Shown: one piece after another, positions 40,196-50,442 of the stretch
Position numbering within the stretch: the first letter of the stretch is position 1
Layout of the letters: every line of letters begins with the position of its first letter
IMG/VR virus record: IMGVR_UViG_3300023184_000094
Span: 8,637-72,636 of that record
Source of the DNA: a virus
Length of the DNA: 64,000 nt
Strand: one strand, 5' to 3'
Program-made: the position numbers and the translations under genes
The notes under the pieces: model-generated
Databases searched by the model: none
The model's input: only the letters and a program-made list of their open reading frames with translations
What the model was told of the DNA's origin: nothing

Positions 40196-41046
40196 CACAT
40201 CAAGAACAGCAAGGGTTCATGTCCATAGCACAGAATAGTGATGTAGATTATCTACAGCTAGCCTACGTGCAGGCAATGAGTGTTAAATTAACCATGCCTG
40301 GCAGCAAGTATGCTGTAGCAGTCGACAGCAAAACATTAGAATCAGTCACAGATGCACATCGTAAGGTATTTGATTACGTTATTACCATAGAAGATGATCA
40401 GGCTGAAAATGATACATGGAAGATGCGCAACGAATGGCAGGCATTTTATCTAACACCATTTAAAGAAACAATTAAGTTAGAAAGTGATCTGGTTATCACT
40501 CGTGATATTAGCCATTGGTGGCCTGCTTTTAGATTACGTAATATTGTATTAAGCACAGGATGCCGCGATTATCTTGGCCAGCTGAGTGATATCAGAGCTT
40601 ATAGGAAATTGTTTGATGATAACTCTTTACCAGATGTCTACAATGGATTGATGTATTTCCGTTACACTCCAGAAGCCGCAGAGTTTTTTTGGTGGGCTAG
40701 AGAAATATTTGAAAACTGGGAGTATGTTAGAGATAATCTATTAAAAAATTGTCGAGATGATGAGCCTACAACAGATGTAGTCTATGCTTTAGCCGCTCAG
40801 ATCTTAGGAGAGGAACTCTGCACATTACCAGCAATGGATTACATAAACTTTACACATATGAAACCAATGGTAAACAAATTTAGCCAGACATTGCCCTGGA
40901 ATGAATTAGTGGTGCATGAAACAGAATTGCCGATGATACGCATCAATAATGTCAATCAATATCATCCACTGCACTATCAAGAAAAATCCTGGGTAACTGA
41001 TGAACTAGTCGAGGAATATGAAGATGAGTTGGGAAGAAGAGTTTAA
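40183..41046 (+). CDS. Putative GT-A fold glycosyltransferase, paralog of 39389
   Basis: TPFKETIKLESDL, YNGLMYF, TTDVVYA align with the upstream paralog's motifs. Confidence 0.55.
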   Translation: MRKLAHQEQQGFMSIAQNSDVDYLQLAYVQAMSVKLTMPGSKYAVAVDSKTLESVTDAHRKVFDYVITIEDDQAENDTWKMRNEWQAFYLTPFKETIKLESDLVITRDISHWWPAFRLRNIVLSTGCRDYLGQLSDIRAYRKLFDDNSLPDVYNGLMYFRYTPEAAEFFWWAREIFENWEYVRDNLLKNCRDDEPTTDVVYALAAQILGEELCTLPAMDYINFTHMKPMVNKFSQTLPWNELVVHETELPMIRINNVNQYHPLHYQEKSWVTDELVEEYEDELGRRV

Positions 41047-41383
41047 CGCGGCCATGGCCGCCTTGGGCGGCACTATAGTCCCAGAATCGATCGAGTATCG
41101 TTTGCACTATGATGATTCTGGAAAGATCATCTCGTGTAGCCAACAGAACCATCCAGAAGATACACAATATTTGGTTGTTGATCAGGAAACCTACGCTAAC
41201 TACATGAAATATAGTGTAGATGTTAAAAAGAAACAACTCAAAAAGGTTGTAATTGACCCCGGAGTGAGTGTACAATTAAAGCGTAGTAGCCAAGGTTATG
41301 CGGTTGTTCGTCAACACGCAGGATTAATTTTGGAAGAAGGTGAGACTTGGACGGAAGTGGAATATTATGAACCAAATAGTTGA
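41024..41383 (+). CDS. Hypothetical protein
   Basis: Overlaps both neighbours in the operon; start at 41018 or 41024. Confidence 0.6.
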   Translation: MSWEEEFNAAMAALGGTIVPESIEYRLHYDDSGKIISCSQQNHPEDTQYLVVDQETYANYMKYSVDVKKKQLKKVVIDPGVSVQLKRSSQGYAVVRQHAGLILEEGETWTEVEYYEPNS

Positions 41384-42263
41384 TATAGCAGATCTAGACT
41401 GCGTCTATCTTAGTTACGATGAGCCTCGTAAGGAAGAGACTTGGATCAAAATACAGAATATGGTTCCATGGGCCCAGCGTGTAGACGGAGTTAAAGGCAG
41501 TGATGCAGCACATAAAGCCGCTGCCGATGCTAGCACTACAGATCGCTTTGTGTTGATAGATGGTGATAATATACCAGACGCTGAGTTCTTTAACTTACAA
41601 TTAACACTTGATGACACTAATAAAGACTGTGTATTCCGTTGGAAGGCACGTAATACGATAAATGGCTTGATGTATGGCAACGGTGGGTTAAGTTGCTGGA
41701 CTAAAGAATTTGTCTATGCTATGAAGACACATGAGAATACAGATGGCACAGAAGCTAATGATGTAGAGTTTTGTTTTTATCCTAACTATTGGGCCATGCA
41801 TGATTGCTATTCAACTACGTATCCTAACGCAACACCATTCCAAGCCTGGCGAGCAGGTTTCCGTGAAGGAGTAAAGATGTGCTTAAACAGAGGCAAACGT
41901 CCTACATTACAAGAGTTTGAAAATAAAGTCGTTAGTCGTAACTATGATCATTTGTGTATTTGGCAAACTGTAGGCGCAGATGTTGACAATGGCTTTTGGT
42001 CAATATATGGTGCACGCTTGGGCACATGGATGACCATGCTGAACAAAGAATGGGATTATCGACAAGTGCAGGATTTTGATGCCCTGGCAGAGCTATGGAA
42101 AGAGTTTGAGAATGATACACCAGATCATTGCACTAGCATTGGAAATCAATTAAGACAAAAATTAAGTCTACCTATCGTAGACATGGACCCAGAAGAAAGT
42201 AAATTTTTTAAACATCACTATAAGAGTGTATTTAGAAATAAAGGAGTAATGGAACGTGAGTAA
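41367..42263 (+). CDS. Putative glycosyltransferase (GT-A-like)
   Basis: YLSYDEP, RVDGVKGSDAAHKAAA, FVLIDGDN (DxD), AWRAGFREGVKM; ATG 41367 preferred over 41340. Confidence 0.55.
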   Translation: MNQIVDIADLDCVYLSYDEPRKEETWIKIQNMVPWAQRVDGVKGSDAAHKAAADASTTDRFVLIDGDNIPDAEFFNLQLTLDDTNKDCVFRWKARNTINGLMYGNGGLSCWTKEFVYAMKTHENTDGTEANDVEFCFYPNYWAMHDCYSTTYPNATPFQAWRAGFREGVKMCLNRGKRPTLQEFENKVVSRNYDHLCIWQTVGADVDNGFWSIYGARLGTWMTMLNKEWDYRQVQDFDALAELWKEFENDTPDHCTSIGNQLRQKLSLPIVDMDPEESKFFKHHYKSVFRNKGVMERE

Positions 42264-43644
42264 AAGTGAATTTATGAATGCGGCAGAAGAGATGAAAGAC
42301 AAACTAGGGCATAGCCTTTGTCTAGCTAAATGGCAACAGGTAAGCCTACACTTGCCTACTGGACTTAATAATAGTTGCTACCATCCGCCATTGCATGAGA
42401 TCGATGCGCAACCATTGGAGTTCCATCCTAGTGCTTTACACAATACAGCATATAAGAAAGAACAACGTAAAAAGATGCTCAATGGTGAGCGTCCTAAAGA
42501 ATGTAACTACTGTTGGACCATGGAAGATGCTGGGCATCTTAGTGATCGTCATTATCGTAGTGGTGAGCCCTGGGCGGCAGAACACTACAATAACATAGTC
42601 GATCAACCATGGGACGCAGATGTTACTCCTAGTTATGTAGAAGTAAATTTCAGCCACGGTTGTAATCTTGCTTGTAGTTATTGTAGCCCACAGTTCTCAA
42701 CTGAATGGGGCAAAGATATTGATCGTTGGGGAGCATATCCTACAAAGAGTCCACACAATGATCCTATGCATTTTAAAGGACGTCGTCAACCTATTCCTGT
42801 GCGTGAAAATAATCCCTATGTGGAAGCATTTTGGCGTTGGTGGCCTGATCTATACGGTAGCTTAAAACACTTCCGCATGACAGGTGGCGAACCTCTGATG
42901 GATAAGAACACGCATCGCGTGTTTGATTACATACTTGCTATGCCCAAGAAAGATCTACATGTAGATGTTACTAGTAACTTTAGTGTAGAACCAGAACTAT
43001 TTAACAAATATCTAGACAAAGTAAAACAACTATGCCAGGGTGAGCGTATTGAACATTTCATGCAGTATGTAAGTTTAGACACAGGCAATCCTGATCACGC
43101 GGCTTATATTCGTCATGGACTAAGTCCAAGTCGCCTACACAGTTATGTTCACAAATATCTAACTGAAGTTCCGCATCGCAACAGCTTGACGTATATCATC
43201 ACAATGAATAACCTTAGTATCTTAGGCCTTCAACAGTTACTAGAACATATACTTGAACTACGTAAGCTGTATAGCACTGAATACCAACGTGTTTGGTTTG
43301 ATACTCCTGTGTTGAGAACGCCAAGTTGGCAAAGCCTGCAGATACTGCCTGAAAGTTATACACGTATATTAGAAAATGTCATCAAGTGGATGAAGTTAAA
43401 TCGATTAGATGAAACCAGTGATCGTTATGATGGATTTAAAGATTATGAGATACAACGCTTAGAGCGTGATCTAGACTGGATGAAGAAAGGTAAGAAGCTA
43501 AACGAAAAGTATCTACATGATACACGTGCTGACTTTTATCGCTTCTTTAACGAGTATGACAAACGCCGCCAAACAGATTTCCTAGCAACATTTCCACAGA
43601 TGAAAGATTTTTGGCAGGAGTGTAAATGGCATGCCGAAAACTAA
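42256..43644 (+). CDS. Radical SAM protein with N-terminal twitch-like domain
   Basis: CNLACSYC, TGGEP; N-terminal CLAKW...SCYH...CNYCW. Confidence 0.88.
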   Translation: MSKSEFMNAAEEMKDKLGHSLCLAKWQQVSLHLPTGLNNSCYHPPLHEIDAQPLEFHPSALHNTAYKKEQRKKMLNGERPKECNYCWTMEDAGHLSDRHYRSGEPWAAEHYNNIVDQPWDADVTPSYVEVNFSHGCNLACSYCSPQFSTEWGKDIDRWGAYPTKSPHNDPMHFKGRRQPIPVRENNPYVEAFWRWWPDLYGSLKHFRMTGGEPLMDKNTHRVFDYILAMPKKDLHVDVTSNFSVEPELFNKYLDKVKQLCQGERIEHFMQYVSLDTGNPDHAAYIRHGLSPSRLHSYVHKYLTEVPHRNSLTYIITMNNLSILGLQQLLEHILELRKLYSTEYQRVWFDTPVLRTPSWQSLQILPESYTRILENVIKWMKLNRLDETSDRYDGFKDYEIQRLERDLDWMKKGKKLNEKYLHDTRADFYRFFNEYDKRRQTDFLATFPQMKDFWQECKWHAEN

Positions 43645-44716
43645 ATTAAAATCGTTTGACTGCCAGGATATAAATTATTTTGGATCAACATATCAAAATA
43701 TTGAACTTAAAATTTGTAAAGAACTAGAAGAATTTTTTACTTTTGATGATTATATTCCAATTATTACAAGATTGTTCTTTAGTTTAATGAAAGAAAATAA
43801 TACAATATCAGATAAATCTGTAAATGCTTTAAAAGTATATTTAGATAGTAATCATAATACAAAAGTAATAATCCTTGATATATTCGAAGGAACTAATATA
43901 ATTGATTTTATTGACACAGTTGGATTAACAAAATATTGTGAGTTAAATCAAATTTATTTTATAACCAGCGGGGAATTGCCACAAAATTGGAAATTCGTTA
44001 ATATCCATGTTTTTGCTGATCACACGTTTACAACTCATAATCAATATATGACATATACACATCATGATGATATATTTTTAAAAACAGTGAAACCATATAC
44101 GTTTTTATTTTTAAATAAGGTAGCAAGAGATCATAGACAAGCGTTAATAAATCAATTATCAGATAAAAATCTATTAGATAAAGCATTATGGTCAGATCTG
44201 AGCCAAGGAATTAAAATATCTGATGAATATAAAGATATGTTTAATAATAATAACTATAGCGGTTTAAAAATTAATAATATTGTATTTCCTTTAAATTGGC
44301 CAGACGGCAAAATTTGCCCTGAATTATTTATTGATACATATTTTTCAGTAGTTACCGAAACTAATTATAATAATCCATATCAATATTATACAGAAAAAAT
44401 ATATAAAACAATCTTGATCGGACATCCATTTATTGCTGTCTCATCTAAGGGATTTTATAAAGGTCTAAAAAATCAAGGTTATAAAACATTTGAAAATCTA
44501 ATAGATGAAACATTTGATCAAATTGATGATAACGATCTTCGTTTGCGTAAAATTGTTAATTCAATCGAATACTTATGTAAACAAGATCTAATAAAATTTT
44601 TAAAAGAAGCTGAACATATTTGTAAACATAATAGACTAACATTCTTTGAAAATTTAGGAAAAAATCAATTTAATAATCATTATAATTTAAAAAATTTTTT
44701 AGAACAACTAAACTAA
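43631..44716 (+). CDS. Putative glycosyltransferase-like protein (GT10/GT-B-like C-terminus)
   Basis: FSVVTET...YTEKIYKTILIGHPFI...GYKTF resembles the YxTEK motif of GT10-type folds; very AT-rich gene. Confidence 0.45.
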   Translation: MPKTKLKSFDCQDINYFGSTYQNIELKICKELEEFFTFDDYIPIITRLFFSLMKENNTISDKSVNALKVYLDSNHNTKVIILDIFEGTNIIDFIDTVGLTKYCELNQIYFITSGELPQNWKFVNIHVFADHTFTTHNQYMTYTHHDDIFLKTVKPYTFLFLNKVARDHRQALINQLSDKNLLDKALWSDLSQGIKISDEYKDMFNNNNYSGLKINNIVFPLNWPDGKICPELFIDTYFSVVTETNYNNPYQYYTEKIYKTILIGHPFIAVSSKGFYKGLKNQGYKTFENLIDETFDQIDDNDLRLRKIVNSIEYLCKQDLIKFLKEAEHICKHNRLTFFENLGKNQFNNHYNLKNFLEQLN

Positions 44717-44718
44717 TA

Positions 44719-46080
44719 ATGCCAAAAATTAATAACGAAACTGATCTACAATATAAACGCAGAGTTATTGACATTAAGTCAGCGAGCTTCTGTGGTGCTA
44801 AATGGTACAATGCTACTATATGGTTAGGCAGCGGTCAAACCACTAGTTGTCATCATCCCTTACCGCATCAGGTAAGTATAGAACAAGTTGCGGCTAACCC
44901 TAAAGCATTGCATAATACACCGCAAAAGAAAGAGCAACGTCGACAGATGCAGGCGGGTGAAAGACCCAGTGGATGTGAATACTGCTGGAAGATTGAAGAC
45001 ATGGCCAATCGAGAAGATGCATCAGATGAAATTATCAGTGACCGTGTTTATAAAACAGTAATTTATGAGGATAAAGATTTAGATGAAGCTTTCAATACTC
45101 CACCAGAACAAGACGTTAACCTACAAACCTTGGAAATTGCTTTCGATCGCACTTGTCAGCTCGCTTGCAGCTATTGCAATCCTGCTTTCAGCACTACTTG
45201 GGTTCGTGACATTCATCGTAATGGACCATATACCAACTTGGTTTCCGACGGTCGCAACCATTTTACTCACACTCATGATAGTAGCCAACTTTATACTATC
45301 ACTGACGTTAATCCATACGTTGAAGCCTTCTTCAAATGGTGGGAATCAGACCTACACAAGACGCTCAAAGAACTACGAATCACGGGAGGAGAGCCACTCA
45401 TGTCAGGATACACATGGCGACTCATCGAATGGTTCAAAGATCACCGAGGTCAGAGCAAAACACGGCTTGCCATAAACAGCAATCTAGGATTTGAACAAGA
45501 TAAATTAGAAAGGTTATTAGATGCCACAGAAGGTATTGAACTGGATCTGTATACAAGCAACGAAAGCACTAGTAGACACGCAGTATATATTCGTGATGGC
45601 CTGGATTGGGATCAATGGTGTGATAATGTTACTTACTTATTGGATAGTAAAAGACTGCGTGGCCTACATGTCATGTGCACCATCAATGCCCTATGCTTAC
45701 TAAGTCTTAATGAGTTCCTATGGAATATCGTTAATCTTAAAAGGAAATATGGCAGAGATAGTATTAACTTTAGTCTAAACATCTTACGCTTTCCTAGTTT
45801 CCAAAGTGTTCTAGTATTGCCACTGAGCATACGAGAACAATATGCCAATGATCTAGCTATTAGTTATGAAATCCTGGCAGATGAGGTAGACTGTCATGAG
45901 TTTGAATTTAATCAGCTGGGCAGATTAGTTGAATATCTACGCACTCCAGAACAAGATGCGCAGGCGTTACAGGTATTGCAACGTGACTTTAAGAACTTTT
46001 ATGAACAGTATGATCAACGTCGAAGCAAGAACTTTAGGGAAACATTTCCACAATTAACAGAATGGTATGACACGCTATGA
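44719..46080 (+). CDS. Radical SAM protein with N-terminal twitch-like domain
   Basis: CQLACSYC, TGGEP; N-terminal FCGAKW...SCHH...CEYCW; close paralog of 42256. Confidence 0.88.
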   Translation: MPKINNETDLQYKRRVIDIKSASFCGAKWYNATIWLGSGQTTSCHHPLPHQVSIEQVAANPKALHNTPQKKEQRRQMQAGERPSGCEYCWKIEDMANREDASDEIISDRVYKTVIYEDKDLDEAFNTPPEQDVNLQTLEIAFDRTCQLACSYCNPAFSTTWVRDIHRNGPYTNLVSDGRNHFTHTHDSSQLYTITDVNPYVEAFFKWWESDLHKTLKELRITGGEPLMSGYTWRLIEWFKDHRGQSKTRLAINSNLGFEQDKLERLLDATEGIELDLYTSNESTSRHAVYIRDGLDWDQWCDNVTYLLDSKRLRGLHVMCTINALCLLSLNEFLWNIVNLKRKYGRDSINFSLNILRFPSFQSVLVLPLSIREQYANDLAISYEILADEVDCHEFEFNQLGRLVEYLRTPEQDAQALQVLQRDFKNFYEQYDQRRSKNFRETFPQLTEWYDTL

Positions 46081-46742
46081 CAATATTAGCATTTGGATGT
46101 AGTGTAACACATGGTGCCGATCTTATATATCCTAACCAGCATGAAGCAAATATAGAATTTAGTTATCCTAATCTTGTTGCTCGAACATTAGGAGTAGAAT
46201 GTAAAAATTATGCTGTATGCGGTATTAGTAATGAGGGTATATTCCACAAAACGATCAACACCTTGGTGAGATATAAAAGTGGTGAGATCACCGCAGTGAT
46301 CGTAGGATGGACTAGCACCATGAGAGAATATTGGCGCACAGATAATAGAGAATGGTTTGTTATACCTAGTTGGTGTGCTACTGCTGAGGATAATTCTCAG
46401 CTTAATTATTTTAAAGATTATACTGATAAAGATGTTAATACATATCCTAGAATCTGTGCTGATAAAGAAGAATATATGGATCCATTGTCTGACATTTATA
46501 ATATCATTACCAAATATAAATTTGATATCGAAGAATACGAAAATAAAAAAAATAATTATATTGACATGACGAGACTGTTATGTCAAGACAAGGGTGTGCG
46601 TTTGATTGAAACCTGTTGTATGGGAACAATCGGTAGCATAGAAATTAATATAGATAATTTTGGATCTTGGAGACAAGGAAGGAATCATCCTACAAAAAAA
46701 GATCATGACCAAGTTGCACAGCATATATTATTGACATTATGA
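46077..46742 (+). CDS. SGNH/GDSL-like protein
   Basis: FGCSVTHG block I, G.SN block II, C-terminal NHP. Confidence 0.55.
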   Translation: MTILAFGCSVTHGADLIYPNQHEANIEFSYPNLVARTLGVECKNYAVCGISNEGIFHKTINTLVRYKSGEITAVIVGWTSTMREYWRTDNREWFVIPSWCATAEDNSQLNYFKDYTDKDVNTYPRICADKEEYMDPLSDIYNIITKYKFDIEEYENKKNNYIDMTRLLCQDKGVRLIETCCMGTIGSIEINIDNFGSWRQGRNHPTKKDHDQVAQHILLTL

Positions 46743-48028
46743 ACAAACATCATTATCATACACGTAAACCTGTTTATATTAGCGAAGACCAACTACGTGA
46801 AGATCAATTAGCACGCTTAGTTGATAGTAAGGTATTCTGTATGATTCCTTGGATACACATGCATGCCTTTCCAGACGGACGAGCATATCCTTGCTGTTTA
46901 GGTGACATGGATCACCCCATTGGTAATTTTAAACAAGATACCATGGAACAGGTATGGAATCAAGATGCATATAAAACCATGCGTAAGAATATGTTAGAAG
47001 AAACGCCCTGTAAAGAATGTAGTAAGTGCTATGAGCAAGAAGATAGTGGGTTCATGAGTATGCGTAACAGCACAAACAAAAACTTTGGACAACATATCGG
47101 TCTGATAGATCAAACTAAAAACGATGGTGTATTTGAAGATTTTAAACTGCGCTATTATGACATACGTTTTAGTAATTTATGTAATTTTACCTGTAGAACG
47201 TGTGGTAGTGTTTTTAGTAGTGCATGGAATACTGAGGAAACAAAATTATTTAATATAAAAAATAAAGATTCTATAATGTATGCTGGACGCAATGAAGCTG
47301 ACATGTGGGAACAAATGCAAGAACATATTCCATATTTAGAGCAGATATATTTTGCCGGTGGTGAACCACTGATCATGGAAGAACATTACCGCATACTTAA
47401 AGAACTAGTCAAGCGTGAGAGGTTTGATGTTAGATTACAATACAATACTAATTTTAGTAGATTGAATCTTAAAAATGAAGATGTGTTGGACTATTGGGGA
47501 TTATTTAAGAACGTTGGTATTGGTGCTAGTTTAGATGCCATGGGTCCTCGAGCTGAATATATACGTAAAGGAACCAAGTGGGATGATATAGTTCGCAATC
47601 GTGAACGTATGATCGAGAAATGCCCTAATACAGATTTTTATGTTAGTAGCACAGTTAGCATTTATAACGCTCTACACGTTATGGATTTTCATCGTGAATG
47701 GGTCGACCGTGGTCTTATCAAAGCACAGGATTGGAATATTAATATTCTCCAAGGTCCAGATCGTGATCGCATCGATGTATTGCCACAGTATTATAAGCAA
47801 CAAATAATTGAAAAGGTCACTGAACATATTGACTGGCTAGAACCGCAAGATCCATTACAGCGTGCTACTAGTGGTTACCGTGGTATTTTAAATTTTATTA
47901 AAGATGATCGTCGTCATTTGTTAAAAGAGTTTTTTCGTATAAATGATATACTAGATTCATATAGAGAAGAAAAATTTGAAAATATATTTTTAGAATATTC
48001 TGAGTTGAGGAATTATGTCACTACCTGA
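46739..48028 (+). CDS. Radical SAM protein with N-terminal twitch/SPASM domain
   Basis: FCMIPW...DGRAYPCC...CSKCYEQE, then CNFTCRTC, AGGEP, YNTN. Confidence 0.9.
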   Translation: MNKHHYHTRKPVYISEDQLREDQLARLVDSKVFCMIPWIHMHAFPDGRAYPCCLGDMDHPIGNFKQDTMEQVWNQDAYKTMRKNMLEETPCKECSKCYEQEDSGFMSMRNSTNKNFGQHIGLIDQTKNDGVFEDFKLRYYDIRFSNLCNFTCRTCGSVFSSAWNTEETKLFNIKNKDSIMYAGRNEADMWEQMQEHIPYLEQIYFAGGEPLIMEEHYRILKELVKRERFDVRLQYNTNFSRLNLKNEDVLDYWGLFKNVGIGASLDAMGPRAEYIRKGTKWDDIVRNRERMIEKCPNTDFYVSSTVSIYNALHVMDFHREWVDRGLIKAQDWNINILQGPDRDRIDVLPQYYKQQIIEKVTEHIDWLEPQDPLQRATSGYRGILNFIKDDRRHLLKEFFRINDILDSYREEKFENIFLEYSELRNYVTT

Positions 48029-49229
48029 AAAAATTTGTATATTACCTTGGGTTAGCATTGAAGCCAGTGCTATCGGAACAGCACGCCCTTGTTGTCTTGC
48101 CCAAGATGAAATTACCTATCGTGATGAACATGGGATTGAACAAAAATATAATCTTAAAAAACACACTTTAGAAGAGATATATCATAGCCCATATATGCAG
48201 CTTTTACGCAGAGATTTTTTATATGGACATAAACCAGCAACATGTAAACGTTGTTGGAATGAAGAGGCAGCAGGCCGTATAAGTAAACGCATGAACAGCA
48301 GAATTAAATTAAAAGAATATTACGACAGTGTTGAATGGCACAATTTAGATCCTAATCAACTTTGGTTCATTGATCTTAAACTAGGTAATATTTGTAATTT
48401 AAAATGTCGCATCTGCGGATCTTGGTCTAGTAGTAAATGGGCTAAAGAAGAAATGGATTATGTTCCTGGCGATAATAGAAAAGAACATTCAGCATATCTT
48501 TGGCTTAAAGAAGGTGCCTGGCCTAGAGAGTCGGAAGTGTTCTGGGATAATCTAAAGAACTTATTACCTAACGTCAAATACTTTGAATTCACTGGTGGCG
48601 AGCCATTCCTCATTGAACAACACTTTGAATTATTGCGCTATGCTGTAGAACAGGGTTATAGCAAAAATATAGATATACATTACAATACCAATGGAACAGT
48701 ATTTCCAGAAGCAGCAGATTTATGGAGTAATTTTAAACACGTTGAAGTAGCATTTAGTATTGACAATGTAGGTGATCGCTTTGAATATGAACGCTACGGT
48801 GCAGACTGGGAAGAAGTGCAGGAAAATATTGCCAAGTTTACTGCTATGCGTAGTAGTAAAATATCAACACAATTATGCACCACAATGAATATACAAAATG
48901 TCTACTATCTACCTGAGCTGTGCGATTGGATATCAACCCAAACGTTTGATCATGTTTACTTTAATATGTTACATGACCCGTGGCACATGTGTATCAGTAA
49001 GATGACTCCGCAAGCACAGGAACTGGTAATTGATAGATTAACTAAACACACATTTGATCCTAAATATCGTGCAGAGATTTTGCGTATAGTGCAATTTATA
49101 CGTAATGGTGAAGGGTCAGATGGCCAAGAATTTTTGCGTAAAATGCAAACCACTGACAAATATAGAGAACAGAGTTTGCGTGATACGCATAAAGAAATAG
49201 CTGAGGCGATGGGATATGAATTCAAATAA
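48015..49229 (+). CDS. Radical SAM protein with N-terminal twitch/SPASM domain
   Basis: ICILPW...RPCC...CKRCWNEE, CNLKCRIC, TGGEP. Confidence 0.9.
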   Translation: MSLPEKICILPWVSIEASAIGTARPCCLAQDEITYRDEHGIEQKYNLKKHTLEEIYHSPYMQLLRRDFLYGHKPATCKRCWNEEAAGRISKRMNSRIKLKEYYDSVEWHNLDPNQLWFIDLKLGNICNLKCRICGSWSSSKWAKEEMDYVPGDNRKEHSAYLWLKEGAWPRESEVFWDNLKNLLPNVKYFEFTGGEPFLIEQHFELLRYAVEQGYSKNIDIHYNTNGTVFPEAADLWSNFKHVEVAFSIDNVGDRFEYERYGADWEEVQENIAKFTAMRSSKISTQLCTTMNIQNVYYLPELCDWISTQTFDHVYFNMLHDPWHMCISKMTPQAQELVIDRLTKHTFDPKYRAEILRIVQFIRNGEGSDGQEFLRKMQTTDKYREQSLRDTHKEIAEAMGYEFK

Positions 49230-50442
49230 TAATTTAGAAAATATCTACAAAGAATTAGGAAAAGATGTTTGTTTGTTTCCGTTCTTTGGAGGGTTTTATC
49301 AGACCCACGGGGTATCTCACATTCAATCGGTGAACAACACTATCAGACCGTGTAGTTTAATCAAAGGTACCGATAAATGGAAAGTCATTGATTCCTCCCT
49401 ATTACAAACAAGAAATACCGAAAGTTGGAAAAATCTCAGGAAAAATTTCATCGAAAAATCATGTCATGACAATGCTGACTGTTTAACTTGCAGCCAAGCT
49501 GAAAGGTCAGGAGGCAATAGTCCACGGATACTAAATAATCAGTTTTATGTTGAACATTTATCAATTGATATCGTTAAAGAAATTAAACACATTATTAAAA
49601 ATGATTATCAGAGTAATAATCTTGTAAGTTTAGATTTTTTTCCGTCAAGTTATTGTAATTATGAATGTATTATGTGTAGCGGCATCGCTTCTAGTAAACG
49701 ATGGATATTTGAACGAAAGTTAAATAGTAGACTCCACGATCTAGAAATTATCGAAAATAAATCAGACAAAGATTTTTATGACATATTAAACACTGTTGAA
49801 GTTATTAATTTTACCGGCGGCGAAACGATAATGCAGAAACAAGCGCATGAATTAATGGACTATCTGATAAAAAAAGATCTTGCTAAAAATATAATCATAA
49901 CTTTATTAACAAACGCTAGTGCTTATCCTAACACACTAATAGAAAAATTTAAATTATTTAAAAATGTGTTTTATACAATTAGCATTGATGGGATTGGCGA
50001 TACGATCGAATATCAACGACGTGGATCTAAATGGAAAACTGTTGAGAAAAATGCATTAAAATTATTGGAATCAATGGGATGTACGATTAATTATGTATTA
50101 ACTGCTGTAAATGTTTTTAGCATATTAGATTTTATTTCTTGGTTAAACGAACATAAGATCAATGATAGAATTTTTATTAGTTTAGTTTTTAATACAGAAT
50201 ACCTTTCGATAGCTGTTATTCCCCCTGAGCTCAGAGAGTCTTTATTGAATAGATTACAACTTGCAAGATCTGTATATACTACAAATCAAGATATCATTGA
50301 TAGAGTATTAGAAATATTTAATCAAATTGAATATCAACCTTCGCTACTACCTGAATTTATAAAACATATTAAAATAGAAGATAATGCTAGTAAAAAGACA
50401 CTAGCAGAAGTTGTTCCTGAATGGGCGCCATATTTTAAATGA
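49216..50442 (+). CDS. Radical SAM protein, divergent paralog
   Basis: VCLFPF...RPCS...CLTC, CNYECIMC, TGGET; AT-rich. Confidence 0.85.
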   Translation: MNSNNNLENIYKELGKDVCLFPFFGGFYQTHGVSHIQSVNNTIRPCSLIKGTDKWKVIDSSLLQTRNTESWKNLRKNFIEKSCHDNADCLTCSQAERSGGNSPRILNNQFYVEHLSIDIVKEIKHIIKNDYQSNNLVSLDFFPSSYCNYECIMCSGIASSKRWIFERKLNSRLHDLEIIENKSDKDFYDILNTVEVINFTGGETIMQKQAHELMDYLIKKDLAKNIIITLLTNASAYPNTLIEKFKLFKNVFYTISIDGIGDTIEYQRRGSKWKTVEKNALKLLESMGCTINYVLTAVNVFSILDFISWLNEHKINDRIFISLVFNTEYLSIAVIPPELRESLLNRLQLARSVYTTNQDIIDRVLEIFNQIEYQPSLLPEFIKHIKIEDNASKKTLAEVVPEWAPYFK

